From positions 64,001-128,000 of the forward strand of contig JBIJDH010000008.1 in assembly GCA_044344255.1 (NCBI GenBank): a stretch of DNA of 64,000 nt, given 5' to 3'. A program made the position numbers and the translations under genes. The notes under the pieces are model-generated. The model did no database searches. It had not been told where the DNA came from and worked only from the letters and a program-made list of their open reading frames with translations. The first letter of the stretch is position 1, and the number at the start of each line of letters is the position of its first letter. This DNA comes from Myxococcota bacterium (lineage in GTDB: Bacteria > Myxococcota_A > UBA796 > UBA2385). Positions 50,160-58,570 of this stretch are shown here, one piece after another.

Positions 50160-50192
50160 GCCCAACCTCCGGTCTCCAGCCCCTGCGCCACC

Positions 50193-50237
50193 ATCGTCGT
50201 CGTCGTCATCGTCATCGTCATCGTCGTCATCGTCATC
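50193..50237. repeat. Trinucleotide repeat (GAY)15 on the minus strand
   Basis: 15 mixed GAC/GAT triplets upstream of and in frame with the sigma gene. Confidence 0.9.
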
Positions 50238-50242
50238 CAGCA

Positions 50243-50267
50243 AACGTGCGGGACCCGGCCGCGTGAC
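50243..50267 (-). promoter_or_regulatory. Putative ECF-type promoter GTCAC-N16-CGTT facing the sigma gene
   Basis: Plus strand AACG(50243-46)-N16-GTGAC(50263-67); an identical bipartite motif lies on the opposite strand. Confidence 0.6.
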
Positions 50268-50323
50268 GCACCCTCCAAAAATAAATCGCCCCGACGACAC
50301 CCCAAGAAAAAGCCGCCCCCCTC

Positions 50324-50348
50324 GTCACGCAGGCCGCCGCGGCGCGTT
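50324..50348 (+). promoter_or_regulatory. Putative ECF-type promoter GTCAC-N16-CGTT facing the small membrane protein gene
   Basis: GTCAC(50324-28)-N16-CGTT(50345-48), 20 nt before ATG 50369. Confidence 0.6.
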
Positions 50349-50368
50349 GACCCGGGTGGAGGTGCCCG

Positions 50369-50719
50369 ATGCTCTTCTTCCTGATGGGTGGTTTCCCGAT
50401 GTTCCTCATCACCCTCTTCGGCCTGCTCGGCGTCGGCGGCGCGGCCCGCTACGCCTGGGCGCCCGGCCCGGGGCGGCTGCCGCACCTGCTCGCCCTCTCC
50501 GGCGTGATCCTGGTGGGGGGCGTGGGCGGCCTCGCGGTCGATCTCATGACCGTGTTCACCCGCGTGCCCGGCGACCCCGCGCTGAGCCAGAGCCCGGAGC
50601 TCCCCTTGATCCTCCTCGTGGGCATCGGCGAGTCGCTGGCGCCGATCGTGCTGGCCGCAGGCTTCCTGATCGCCCAAGGGCTGCTCATCGCCCTCGGCCT
50701 CCGCCGCGCCCAGGGCTGA
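50369..50719 (+). CDS. Small 3-TM membrane protein, MotA/TolQ/ExbB-like miniature
   Basis: GGAGG RBS; GGFPM N-terminus and GIGESL in TM3 recall the ExbB/TolQ GG..M and GISEAL patterns. Confidence 0.6.
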   Translation: MLFFLMGGFPMFLITLFGLLGVGGAARYAWAPGPGRLPHLLALSGVILVGGVGGLAVDLMTVFTRVPGDPALSQSPELPLILLVGIGESLAPIVLAAGFLIAQGLLIALGLRRAQG

Positions 50720-50781
50720 GCCGGGGTCCTGCGGGGCGTCCTCCCCTGGCCGGCCGGCCTCGCGGCGTGCATGATCCGCCG

Positions 50782-51837
50782 ATGTCCGCCGAGCCCGCCC
50801 CCGCCCCTGCCGATCGTACGGCGCCTCTCCGCCCCACCGTCGTCTCCGAGCTCGTCGAGGAGCAGGTGATCGAGGGGGAGGCGCGCGTGCGGGCGCTGAA
50901 GCAGCTCGTCCGCTTCGGCGAGGAGGCCCCCCTCTTCGCCGTCCGCAAGCACCTGCCCGACGGCCCAACCCGGCCGCCGGTGCTGCTGCTCCACGGCTTC
51001 GCCCAGAACCGCTACTCCTGGCACACGAGCCAGCGCTCCCCCTCGGCGGCCCTGGTCGCGCAGGGCTTCGACGTCTGGAACCTCGAGCTCCGCGGCCACG
51101 GGCGCAGCCGCGACGAGGGCACGAGCGGCGCCGAGACCTTCGCCGACTATGTGAGCGACGTCTCTCGTGTGGTGGCCGCCCTGCCCGACCGCCCCTTCCT
51201 CATCGGCCACTCCCTCGGCGGCGCCGTCTCCTACGCGACCGGGGCCACCCTCCCCGAGGGCGCCCTCCGCGGCGTCGTGGGCATCGGCGCGCTCTATCAG
51301 TTCGGACAGGCCAATTGGGCCATCCACGCCCTCGGCGCCCTCACCCACTCCCTCCGAGACGCCCCGTGGATGGCGCAGTTGCAGGTGCGCACCCGCATCG
51401 CCGGGCGCCTGCTCGCCAAGCTCTATGGGGTCTCCGACGTCGCCGGCTGGGCCTTCCCGATCAGCGGCTGGTGGCCCGGGAGCATCGAGCCCGACATCCT
51501 CCACGAGCGCCTCGTCAAGGGCTTCGACTGGACGAGCGTAAAAGTGTGGATGGAGATGAGCCGCTGGGCCGCCACCGGTCACTTCGAGTACGACGAGGGC
51601 TGGAGCCGCCGAGATGTCCCCGTGTTGGTGCTGCTCGGCGACGAGGACCACCTGATGCCCCCCGCCGACGGCCGCTCGGCCTATGAGCGCTCCGGCAGCC
51701 AGGACCGCAGTCTGCACATCCTCGACGACTGGCACCACGAGGTCCACTGGGGTCACCTCGACCTCGTGCTCGGCCGCCTCGCCTCGAAGCACGTCTGGCC
51801 CCTCTACACCGACTGGATGATCGACCGTTGCCCATGA
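50782..51837 (+). CDS. Alpha/beta fold hydrolase
   Basis: LLHGF, ELRGHG, GHSLGG, DEDHL, WGHLDL. Confidence 0.88.
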   Translation: MSAEPAPAPADRTAPLRPTVVSELVEEQVIEGEARVRALKQLVRFGEEAPLFAVRKHLPDGPTRPPVLLLHGFAQNRYSWHTSQRSPSAALVAQGFDVWNLELRGHGRSRDEGTSGAETFADYVSDVSRVVAALPDRPFLIGHSLGGAVSYATGATLPEGALRGVVGIGALYQFGQANWAIHALGALTHSLRDAPWMAQLQVRTRIAGRLLAKLYGVSDVAGWAFPISGWWPGSIEPDILHERLVKGFDWTSVKVWMEMSRWAATGHFEYDEGWSRRDVPVLVLLGDEDHLMPPADGRSAYERSGSQDRSLHILDDWHHEVHWGHLDLVLGRLASKHVWPLYTDWMIDRCP

Positions 51838-52427
51838 ACCCACCCCGCGGGCGCCCCCCCGCGCTGTTTGCCGTCGTGCTCCTGTCGACCGTCTACGGGG
51901 AGCTGTCGGGCTGCGCGCAGGCCCCCCCGAAGCTGACCGCCGCGGACATCCCCTATGGGGAGGGCACCGTTCAGGGGGCCCTCGACGCCCTCCGCACCCC
52001 CGCCCCTGCGGCCAGCGCCGACGACACGCCCGAGCAGCGGGCCATCACCCGCCTCGAGGAGCGGGTCGGGCAACTCGAGCTGCTGCTGACCGAGATGAAG
52101 GTCCAAGGGGTCATGCCCGCCACGGCGGTCACCTATGACCCCCGGCTCGGCACGATGGCCGCCACCAACACCCAGGTCGCCCTCGAGACCTTGGAGGCCC
52201 GCCTCGCCCGCCTCGAAGACGCGGCCAGCGGCGCCGCGATGGGCCAGCCGGGGCCGGGGCTCTTCGACGTCGGCAAGGGCAACAAGGGCGGTAAGGCCGG
52301 CGCGCGCGGTGGCCCCAGCGGCCCTGGGGGCCAGGGCGGGCCGCCCCCGCCGCCCACCGCGCCTTCGGGCGGACAGAAGGGCTCCCCGGGTGCGTCCTCG
52401 GGGGGCGGGGCGCCGCCCGCACATTGA
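51834..52427 (+). CDS. Hypothetical lipoprotein with coiled coils and Gly/Pro-rich tail
   Basis: ATGA overlap upstream, TGATG downstream; LSGC lipobox. Confidence 0.7.
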   Translation: MNPPRGRPPALFAVVLLSTVYGELSGCAQAPPKLTAADIPYGEGTVQGALDALRTPAPAASADDTPEQRAITRLEERVGQLELLLTEMKVQGVMPATAVTYDPRLGTMAATNTQVALETLEARLARLEDAASGAAMGQPGPGLFDVGKGNKGGKAGARGGPSGPGGQGGPPPPPTAPSGGQKGSPGASSGGGAPPAH

Positions 52428-53929
52428 TGGGGGTCATTCAGGCGACAGGGCCCGTGCCGCCCACCCACGTCGTGCTCCTGAACCCGCGTGCGCAGCAGTC
52501 GCACCGCCGGCTCCCCCTCTCCGTGCTCTTCGCGGCGCGCGGCGTCCCCGAGGGGATGACCTGGGAGATCATCGACGCCAACATCATGCCCGACGCCCGC
52601 CAGCGCCTCGACGCCGCCCTCGGCCGTGATCCCGACCACAGCATCCTCCTCGTCACCGTGATGCCGGGCCCGCAGCTCCGGCAGGCCACCCCCTGGTGCC
52701 GCGACGTCCGCGCTCGTTTCCCCACCGTGCGCATCGTCTGGGGCGGGTATTTCCCGACGGTCTATCCGGCTGCCGTGGCCAAAGACCCCGCCGTCGACGT
52801 CGTGGTGATGGGACAGGGGGAGCGCACCCTCGCCGAGCTCCTCCCCCTCCTCGCCCAGGGCGGCGACCCCGCCGGGCTCCCGGGCACCGCCGTCTGGCGC
52901 GACGGCGCCCTCATCACCGGCCCCGAGCGCCCCCTGGCTCTCTCCGCCTCCTTTGGAGACCCGGCCTATGACCGCCTGCCGATGGAGCGATACGCCGCCC
53001 GCACCTTCCTCGGGGCGCGCACCTTCAACCACCACAGCTCGGTCGGCTGCCCCTACGTCTGCAATTTCTGCGCGGTCACGAGCATGTTCGAGGGGCGCTG
53101 GCTGGCCGACAAGCCCGATGACGTGCTCCGCGTCGTGCGCCGCCTGCACCGAGACCACGGCGCCGACGCGATCGAGTTTCACGACAACAACTTCTTCGCC
53201 GCCGAGAAGCGCACGCGAGAGATCGCGGCCGGCATGGTCGGCCTCAACCTGCGCTGGTGGGGAGAGGCCCGCATCGACACCATGCTCGGCTGGTCGGAGC
53301 TCACCTGGAAGACGCTCTCCCAGAGCGGCCTCGCGATGGTCTTCTATGGGGCCGAGAGCGGCGACCAGGCCGCCCTCGACGCCATGGACAAGGGCGGCCT
53401 CCAGGTGGCCGACATCCGCGCCCTCAACCGCCGCGCCAAGGGGCACGGCATCATCCCCGAGTTCTCCTTCGTGCTCGGCAACCCGGCCGACCCCGCAGGG
53501 GACATCGACCGCTCCCTCCGCCTCGTCGAGGCGTTGAAGGATGAGAACCCGGACTGCGAGATCATCCTCTACCTCTACACCCCGGTGCCCCTCCCCGGCA
53601 TGTTTGACCAGGCGACCGAGCAGGGCTTCGCCTTCCCCGACTCACTCGACGACTGGCTCTCCCCGCAGTGGTACCGGTATGAGGACCGCCGCAACCCCGG
53701 CACCCCCTGGCTCACGCCCAGCCTCATCCGCCGGGTCTATGACTTCGAGGCGGTGCTGCACGCCCGCTGGCCCTCGACGAGCGACCGCAACCTCCGCCGC
53801 TGGCAGCGCGCCGTGCTCCGGGCCCTGTCCACCCCCCGCCAGCGCCTCCGCCTCTATCAACACCCCTATGAGCTCAAGCTCCTCCAGCGCGCCTGGTCCT
53901 ATCGGCGCCCGGAGGAGATGGGCTTTTAG
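52427..53929 (+). CDS. B12-binding domain radical SAM protein
   Basis: VWGGYFPT, GQGE, GCPYVCNFC, FHDNNF, GAESG. Confidence 0.9.
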   Translation: MGVIQATGPVPPTHVVLLNPRAQQSHRRLPLSVLFAARGVPEGMTWEIIDANIMPDARQRLDAALGRDPDHSILLVTVMPGPQLRQATPWCRDVRARFPTVRIVWGGYFPTVYPAAVAKDPAVDVVVMGQGERTLAELLPLLAQGGDPAGLPGTAVWRDGALITGPERPLALSASFGDPAYDRLPMERYAARTFLGARTFNHHSSVGCPYVCNFCAVTSMFEGRWLADKPDDVLRVVRRLHRDHGADAIEFHDNNFFAAEKRTREIAAGMVGLNLRWWGEARIDTMLGWSELTWKTLSQSGLAMVFYGAESGDQAALDAMDKGGLQVADIRALNRRAKGHGIIPEFSFVLGNPADPAGDIDRSLRLVEALKDENPDCEIILYLYTPVPLPGMFDQATEQGFAFPDSLDDWLSPQWYRYEDRRNPGTPWLTPSLIRRVYDFEAVLHARWPSTSDRNLRRWQRAVLRALSTPRQRLRLYQHPYELKLLQRAWSYRRPEEMGF

Positions 53930-53955
53930 TCCTCTCTGCCCCCTCTCCCCTCGGA

Positions 53956-54831
53956 ATGACCATGTCCGCCCTGCTGCTCCTCCTCTCTCTCCTCTCCCCC
54001 ACCGCCCTCTCCGCAGAAGGTGAGCCCGCCTCTGCCGGGCTGGCCACGCGCGAGAACCGGAAGGAGATCGCCCCCACCGTGATCTTCATCCACGGGCTCT
54101 ACCTGAACGCCCGCTCGTGGGAGCCCTGGGTGGAGCGCTTCGAGGCCGAGGGCTGGGAGGTGCTGGCCCCGGACTGGCCCGGCCACGCGGGCGAGCCGGC
54201 CAAGCTCCGCGAGAGCCCGCCCGCCGAGCTCCGGGAGCTCGATCTCGCCGCCGTGACCGAGTTCTATCGCAAGCTCGTCAAGGCCCAGCCCACCCCGCCT
54301 GTGCTCGTCGGCCACTCGATGGGCGGCCTCATCGTCCAGATCCTCCTCTCCGAGGGCCTCGGCCGCGGCGGCGTCGCCCTCCACTCCGCCCCGCCGAAGG
54401 GCCTGATGAGCATGAAGCTCTCCTTCCTCCGCTCCAACACCGCGAGCCTCAGCCTCCGCAAGAAGCCCGTGCTGATGAGCCCGAAGAAGTTCAACTACGC
54501 CTTCACGAATGACCTCACGCGCGCGCAGTCAGCCCCCTTCTACAACGAGCTCGTGGTGCCCGAGTCTCGGGTGGCCGCCGGCGGGCCGCTCACCAAGCAG
54601 GCCAAGGTCAACTTCAAGGCCAAGCACGCGCCCCTCCTGATGATCGCAGGCAAGGAAGACCACGTCATCCCCTACAAGCTCAACCGGAAGAACGCGAAGA
54701 AGTGGAAGAAGGAGGCCGGTGACATCGAGTTCGAGGCCATGCCGGGCCGCACCCACCTCACGCTCGCTGAGCCCGGGTGGGAGGCCGTCGCCGACCGCGT
54801 CATCCAGTGGGCGGGCAAGCTGCCGGACTGA
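53956..54831 (+). CDS. Secreted alpha/beta hydrolase
   Basis: Signal peptide; FIHGL, GHSMGG, EDH, RTH. Confidence 0.88.
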   Translation: MTMSALLLLLSLLSPTALSAEGEPASAGLATRENRKEIAPTVIFIHGLYLNARSWEPWVERFEAEGWEVLAPDWPGHAGEPAKLRESPPAELRELDLAAVTEFYRKLVKAQPTPPVLVGHSMGGLIVQILLSEGLGRGGVALHSAPPKGLMSMKLSFLRSNTASLSLRKKPVLMSPKKFNYAFTNDLTRAQSAPFYNELVVPESRVAAGGPLTKQAKVNFKAKHAPLLMIAGKEDHVIPYKLNRKNAKKWKKEAGDIEFEAMPGRTHLTLAEPGWEAVADRVIQWAGKLPD

Positions 54832-54865
54832 GGTGAGGGCCCCCCGGGCCTCGCTCAGCCCTCCT

Positions 54866-55399
54866 TCAGCTCTTCTTGAGCCGCGACTCGAGCGCCGCAA
54901 GGCGGGCCCGCAGGGCGTCCATCTCCGCGTCCGGGGCGGCCGCCTCTGTCGCGGGGCTCGCCGCGCTCGGCGTGGGGCTCGGGCGGGGCGGCGCCTCCTC
55001 GGGGGGCGGCTCGGGCGCGGCCCGCTTGGCCTCGGGGGGCGGCTCGGGGGCGGGATCGGACTTCCACCAGCCGAGCTGCCGCTCGAGCTGGAGGAGCTGG
55101 TTGTCGACCATCTGCAGGCCCACCGAGATCTGCTGCATCGCCATGCGCTGGGTGGGGCTGTCCCCGCTCATGCGGATGATGCGATGCAGCAAGCCGGGGG
55201 GGAGCATGTCGACGCCCCCTTGGGCCTCGAGGATGATCTGGAGGAGGGTGGCGCGGGTGAGGTCGTCGCCCGTGCTGGCGTCCACCACCTGGAGCTGCTC
55301 CCCCTTGCGCACATGGGCGGCCAGCTCCTCGAGGTTGACGTAGGCCGAGGCGGTGGTGTCGTAGAGCCGCCGGTTGCTGTACTTCTTGATGATCCGCAT
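54866..55399 (-). CDS. phaR: PHA synthesis regulator with PHB_acc_N DNA-binding domain
   Basis: IIKKYSNRRLYDT..S.YVNLEEL..V+DA.TG.DLTR.TL.QII.E; divergent from the pha genes. Confidence 0.9.
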   Translation of the reverse strand: MRIIKKYSNRRLYDTTASAYVNLEELAAHVRKGEQLQVVDASTGDDLTRATLLQIILEAQGGVDMLPPGLLHRIIRMSGDSPTQRMAMQQISVGLQMVDNQLLQLERQLGWWKSDPAPEPPPEAKRAAPEPPPEEAPPRPSPTPSAASPATEAAAPDAEMDALRARLAALESRLKKS

Positions 55400-55427
55400 G
55401 GCCGCGCCTTAACCCTTGGGTCCACGC

Positions 55428-55463
55428 TGCGCTGCAACAAAAATTCCTTGACGCATTGCAACA
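55428..55463 (+). promoter_or_regulatory. Two candidate PhaR operator boxes
   Basis: TGCGCTGCAACA (55428-39) and CGCATTGCAACA (55452-63), 24-bp period, in the phaR/phasin intergenic region. Confidence 0.65.
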
Positions 55464-55476
55464 CGGCGGGTAGAAG
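55448..55476 (+). promoter_or_regulatory. Putative sigma70 promoter of the pha operon
   Basis: TTGACG-N17-TAGAAG, preceded by the AT-rich tract ACAAAAATT. Confidence 0.5.
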
Positions 55477-55584
55477 AAGGACATGGATGGCGGCGCTGCT
55501 GACCACCCCGACCTTCTGGACCGCTTGGACCTTCTGAACCGCCTCCCTTCACACCACCCCGGCCGACCGCCGCAGGAGCACCCC

Positions 55585-55842
55585 ATGTTCAACGCCGACG
55601 CCCTCAAGACCCCCGCCGCCTTCACCGCTTCTGTCCTCGATCAGAGCAAGAAGGTGGTCGAGGCCAACAAGAAGGTGGTGGACTTCCAGATGGGCCAGTG
55701 GAGCAGCGCCGAGAAGGCCGCCTCCGCCCAGATGAAGAGCGTGATGGACCTCTCGATGACCAGCCTCAAGTCCAGCGTCGAGATGGCCTTCGACATGCAG
55801 AAGGCCGCCCTCGAGGCCATGGCCCCCAAGGCTGACGCCTGA
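55585..55842 (+). CDS. Phasin-like small helical protein
   Basis: AGGAG RBS; 85 aa, Ala/Lys/Met/Ser-rich amphipathic; first gene opposite phaR. Called mainly from context. Confidence 0.65.
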   Translation: MFNADALKTPAAFTASVLDQSKKVVEANKKVVDFQMGQWSSAEKAASAQMKSVMDLSMTSLKSSVEMAFDMQKAALEAMAPKADA

Positions 55843-55895
55843 ATCGGGCACCGCCCGCCTGAACCGCCGCCCGCCTCGACCTGACTGGAGCTCCC

Positions 55896-56453
55896 ATGGC
55901 CACCTCTTCCCCGAACGGCACCCCGAACGGCACCGTCAACCCCGCTGACTTCGGTCGTTTCGCCGATCAGATGCACGAGCAGTGGGAGAAGAGCATGGGG
56001 GCCTGGTGGGACCAGGTGCTCGAGTCGCAGCCCTTCCTCGACGCCGTCAACAAGGGAATGTCGAGTCAGGTGCGGGCGCGCGGTCAATACGAGTCGGCGA
56101 TGGACGAGCAGCTCAAGAAGCTGCACATGCCCACCCGCGGTGACCTCGTGCACGTGGCCCGCATCGCCACCCTGCTCGAGGAGAAGCTCCTCCAGGTCGA
56201 GGACACGCTCCTCACCCTGAAGGACACCACCGTCGCCCAGGTCTCCCTGCTCGAGCGCATCGAGCGGGAGGCCCTCCAGGCCCGCATCGAGGCCGCGGAG
56301 GCCCGCATCGAGCTCCGCGAGAAGCTCGGCGCCCTCCAGGCCCGCATCGACGCCTTGGACTCCGCCGCCGAGGTCGCCCCCGCCGCCGGCGCCCCCGCCG
56401 CCGGCGCCCCGGCCGCCGCTGACCTCAACCGCGCCAAGAAGCCGAAGGTCTGA
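55896..56453 (+). CDS. PhaE-like PHA synthase accessory subunit (class III/IV)
   Basis: W..WWDQVLESQPF, LHMPTRGDL (cf. LNLPTR.E), coiled coil; directly before phaC. Confidence 0.75.
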   Translation: MATSSPNGTPNGTVNPADFGRFADQMHEQWEKSMGAWWDQVLESQPFLDAVNKGMSSQVRARGQYESAMDEQLKKLHMPTRGDLVHVARIATLLEEKLLQVEDTLLTLKDTTVAQVSLLERIEREALQARIEAAEARIELREKLGALQARIDALDSAAEVAPAAGAPAAGAPAAADLNRAKKPKV

Positions 56454-56456
56454 GCC

Positions 56457-57479
56457 ATGATGTTGCAGCGCGCCACCGACGTCGCCACCTTCCTCCAGTC
56501 CCGGCCGACCAAGAAGATCAAGACGGGCTGCAGCCCGCACACGATCATCCACCGGCAGAACAAGGCGGCGGTGCGGTACTTCGCCGTCCCCGCCGGGGTC
56601 GAGGCCCGACGCCCCGTCTTCATCTCGATGCCCCTCATCAACACCTGGACGATCTTCGACCTCCTCCCCGGGAAGTCGGTCGTCGAGGCGCTGACCAAGG
56701 CGGGCGTGCCGGTCTACCTCCTCGACTGGGGCACCCCCGCCGACGAGGACGCCGCCCAGACCCTCGCCGATACGATCGACAGCATCCTCGTGCGCGCCAT
56801 CGACCGCTCGATGCGCCACGCCCGCGCGGCCGGCCTCCTCGCCGCCGACGACCGCTTCGACATGATCGGCTACTGCGTGGGCGGCACCTTCCTCTCGATC
56901 GCGCTGGCCCGCAACCCCGGCCTCGCCCGCAGCCTCTGCCTGCTGGCCGCCCCGATTGACTTCCACAAGAGCGGCCGCCTCGCGGTCTGGGCCCACCCCG
57001 ACAACTTCCCGGTCGATGAGATCGTGGACGGGCTCGGCAACTTCCCCGCCGAGCTGATGCGCGAGAGCTTCGCCTGGCTCCGCCCGATGGGCCAGAGCCG
57101 CAAGTGGAAGAGCCTCTGGGACCGCGTCGAGTCCAGGAGCTTCCTCGACACCTGGTCGGCGATGGAGAAGTGGAGCGGCGACAACGTGGACTTCCCCGGC
57201 GAGAGCTACCGGGAGTACATCCACCGCTGCTACATCGACAACGCGCTGATCAAGGGCGGTTGGCAGCTCGCCGGCCGGCCGGTAAACCTCGGCGCCAACA
57301 CCATCCCCGCCCTCGCCATCGCCGCCGATCAAGACCACATCTGCCCCCCCGCCGCCGCCTTCGGCCTGAAGGAGGCCTGGGGCGGCCCGGTGGAGACCCA
57401 GGTCATCGCCGGCGGTCATGTGGGGGTATGTATCGGCAAGGCCCTGCCCGCCGCCCTCCTCGCCTGGCTCGCTCGATGA
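56457..57479 (+). CDS. phaC: Class III/IV-type PHA synthase subunit (copy 1)
   Basis: PLINTWTIFDL, YLLDWG, GYCVGG, APIDF, EKW, DHI, GGHVG; 340 aa. Confidence 0.85.
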   Translation: MMLQRATDVATFLQSRPTKKIKTGCSPHTIIHRQNKAAVRYFAVPAGVEARRPVFISMPLINTWTIFDLLPGKSVVEALTKAGVPVYLLDWGTPADEDAAQTLADTIDSILVRAIDRSMRHARAAGLLAADDRFDMIGYCVGGTFLSIALARNPGLARSLCLLAAPIDFHKSGRLAVWAHPDNFPVDEIVDGLGNFPAELMRESFAWLRPMGQSRKWKSLWDRVESRSFLDTWSAMEKWSGDNVDFPGESYREYIHRCYIDNALIKGGWQLAGRPVNLGANTIPALAIAADQDHICPPAAAFGLKEAWGGPVETQVIAGGHVGVCIGKALPAALLAWLAR

Positions 57480-58570
57480 CACAGCCGTTTGTCGACCCGC
57501 TCGAAGCCCTCCGGCCCCTCTTTGAAGGGAGCCGCGCGCTCCTGCAGGCCGACAAGCTGCGCCGTGGCTACCTGCTCTCCGCCCTGCTGCCGAAGCCGCC
57601 CGTGGGGGCCACCCCTTCAGAGCTCGTGCACCGACAGGGGAAGTTGGAGCTTCGGTATTACGCGCCGACTGTCCATTCAGACGCGGCCCCCGCCCCCAAG
57701 GTCCCGGTGATCATCATCCCCTCGATGATCAACCGGGCCTACATCGTCGACCTCGAGCCCGACCGCTCGCTGGTGGCCGGGCTCGCCCAGAAGGGCCACC
57801 CGGTCTACCTCGTAGACTGGGGGGTACCCACCGAGGAGGACGCCACCCACGACGTCGGCACCGTCCTGCTCGACCTCCTGCACCGCGCGGTCGACCGGGC
57901 TTGTCGCCACGCAGGCCACCCCTCGGCCTTCCTCCTCGGCTACTGCCAGGGGGGCACCCTCGCCGCCATGTACACGGCGCTGCGCCCGGCGCGGGTCCAC
58001 GGCCTCGCCGTCTTCAACGCCCCCGTGAAGTTCTCGGAGGGCGGGCGCTTCCGGCAGTTCGTCGACGCGGCCTGCTTCGACGTCGACGCCAGCATCGCCG
58101 CCGACCGCCTCGTCCCCACCGAGATCATGACCGTGGGCTTCAAGCTGCTCGACCCCATGGGCAGCGCGCTCAAGTACGTGGCCATCGACGAGGTCTCGGC
58201 CAAGCCCCGCGAGCTCCTCCGCACGCTCGCCCGAGAGCGCTGGCTCGACGAGAACGTGCCGATGCCGGGCGCCTTCGCGCGGGAGTTCATCCGCAACGCC
58301 TACCAGGAGGACCGCCTGCTCGCCGGCACCTGGGTGGTGCGCGGAGAGACGATCGACCTGCGGAACATCCGCTGCCCGCTGATGGTGCTGGCCGCCAAGA
58401 AGGACTTCATCGCGCCCGCCCCCGCGGTGATGCCGCTCGCGACCGCGACCTCGAGCGCCGACGTGCACGCCGAGGTGCTGGACACCGGCCACATCGGCGT
58501 GGTGGTGGGCTCCTACGGCCCGCGCACCTTCTACCCCCTCCTCGACCGCTGGTTTCGAGCCCACCCATGA
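57476..58570 (+). CDS. phaC: Class III/IV-type PHA synthase subunit (copy 2)
   Basis: GATP, SMINRAYIVDL, YLVDWG, GYCQGG, ERW, DFI, TGHIG; 364 aa; ATGA overlaps at both ends. Confidence 0.85.
   Translation: MTQPFVDPLEALRPLFEGSRALLQADKLRRGYLLSALLPKPPVGATPSELVHRQGKLELRYYAPTVHSDAAPAPKVPVIIIPSMINRAYIVDLEPDRSLVAGLAQKGHPVYLVDWGVPTEEDATHDVGTVLLDLLHRAVDRACRHAGHPSAFLLGYCQGGTLAAMYTALRPARVHGLAVFNAPVKFSEGGRFRQFVDAACFDVDASIAADRLVPTEIMTVGFKLLDPMGSALKYVAIDEVSAKPRELLRTLARERWLDENVPMPGAFAREFIRNAYQEDRLLAGTWVVRGETIDLRNIRCPLMVLAAKKDFIAPAPAVMPLATATSSADVHAEVLDTGHIGVVVGSYGPRTFYPLLDRWFRAHP

Noticed and set aside
28648..50719. Flagellar system suggested by rod-like, MotB-like and MotA-like genes
   Set aside because: The genes are scattered; the MotB-like protein is a lipoprotein without the TM Asp helix; no export or ring genes are present.
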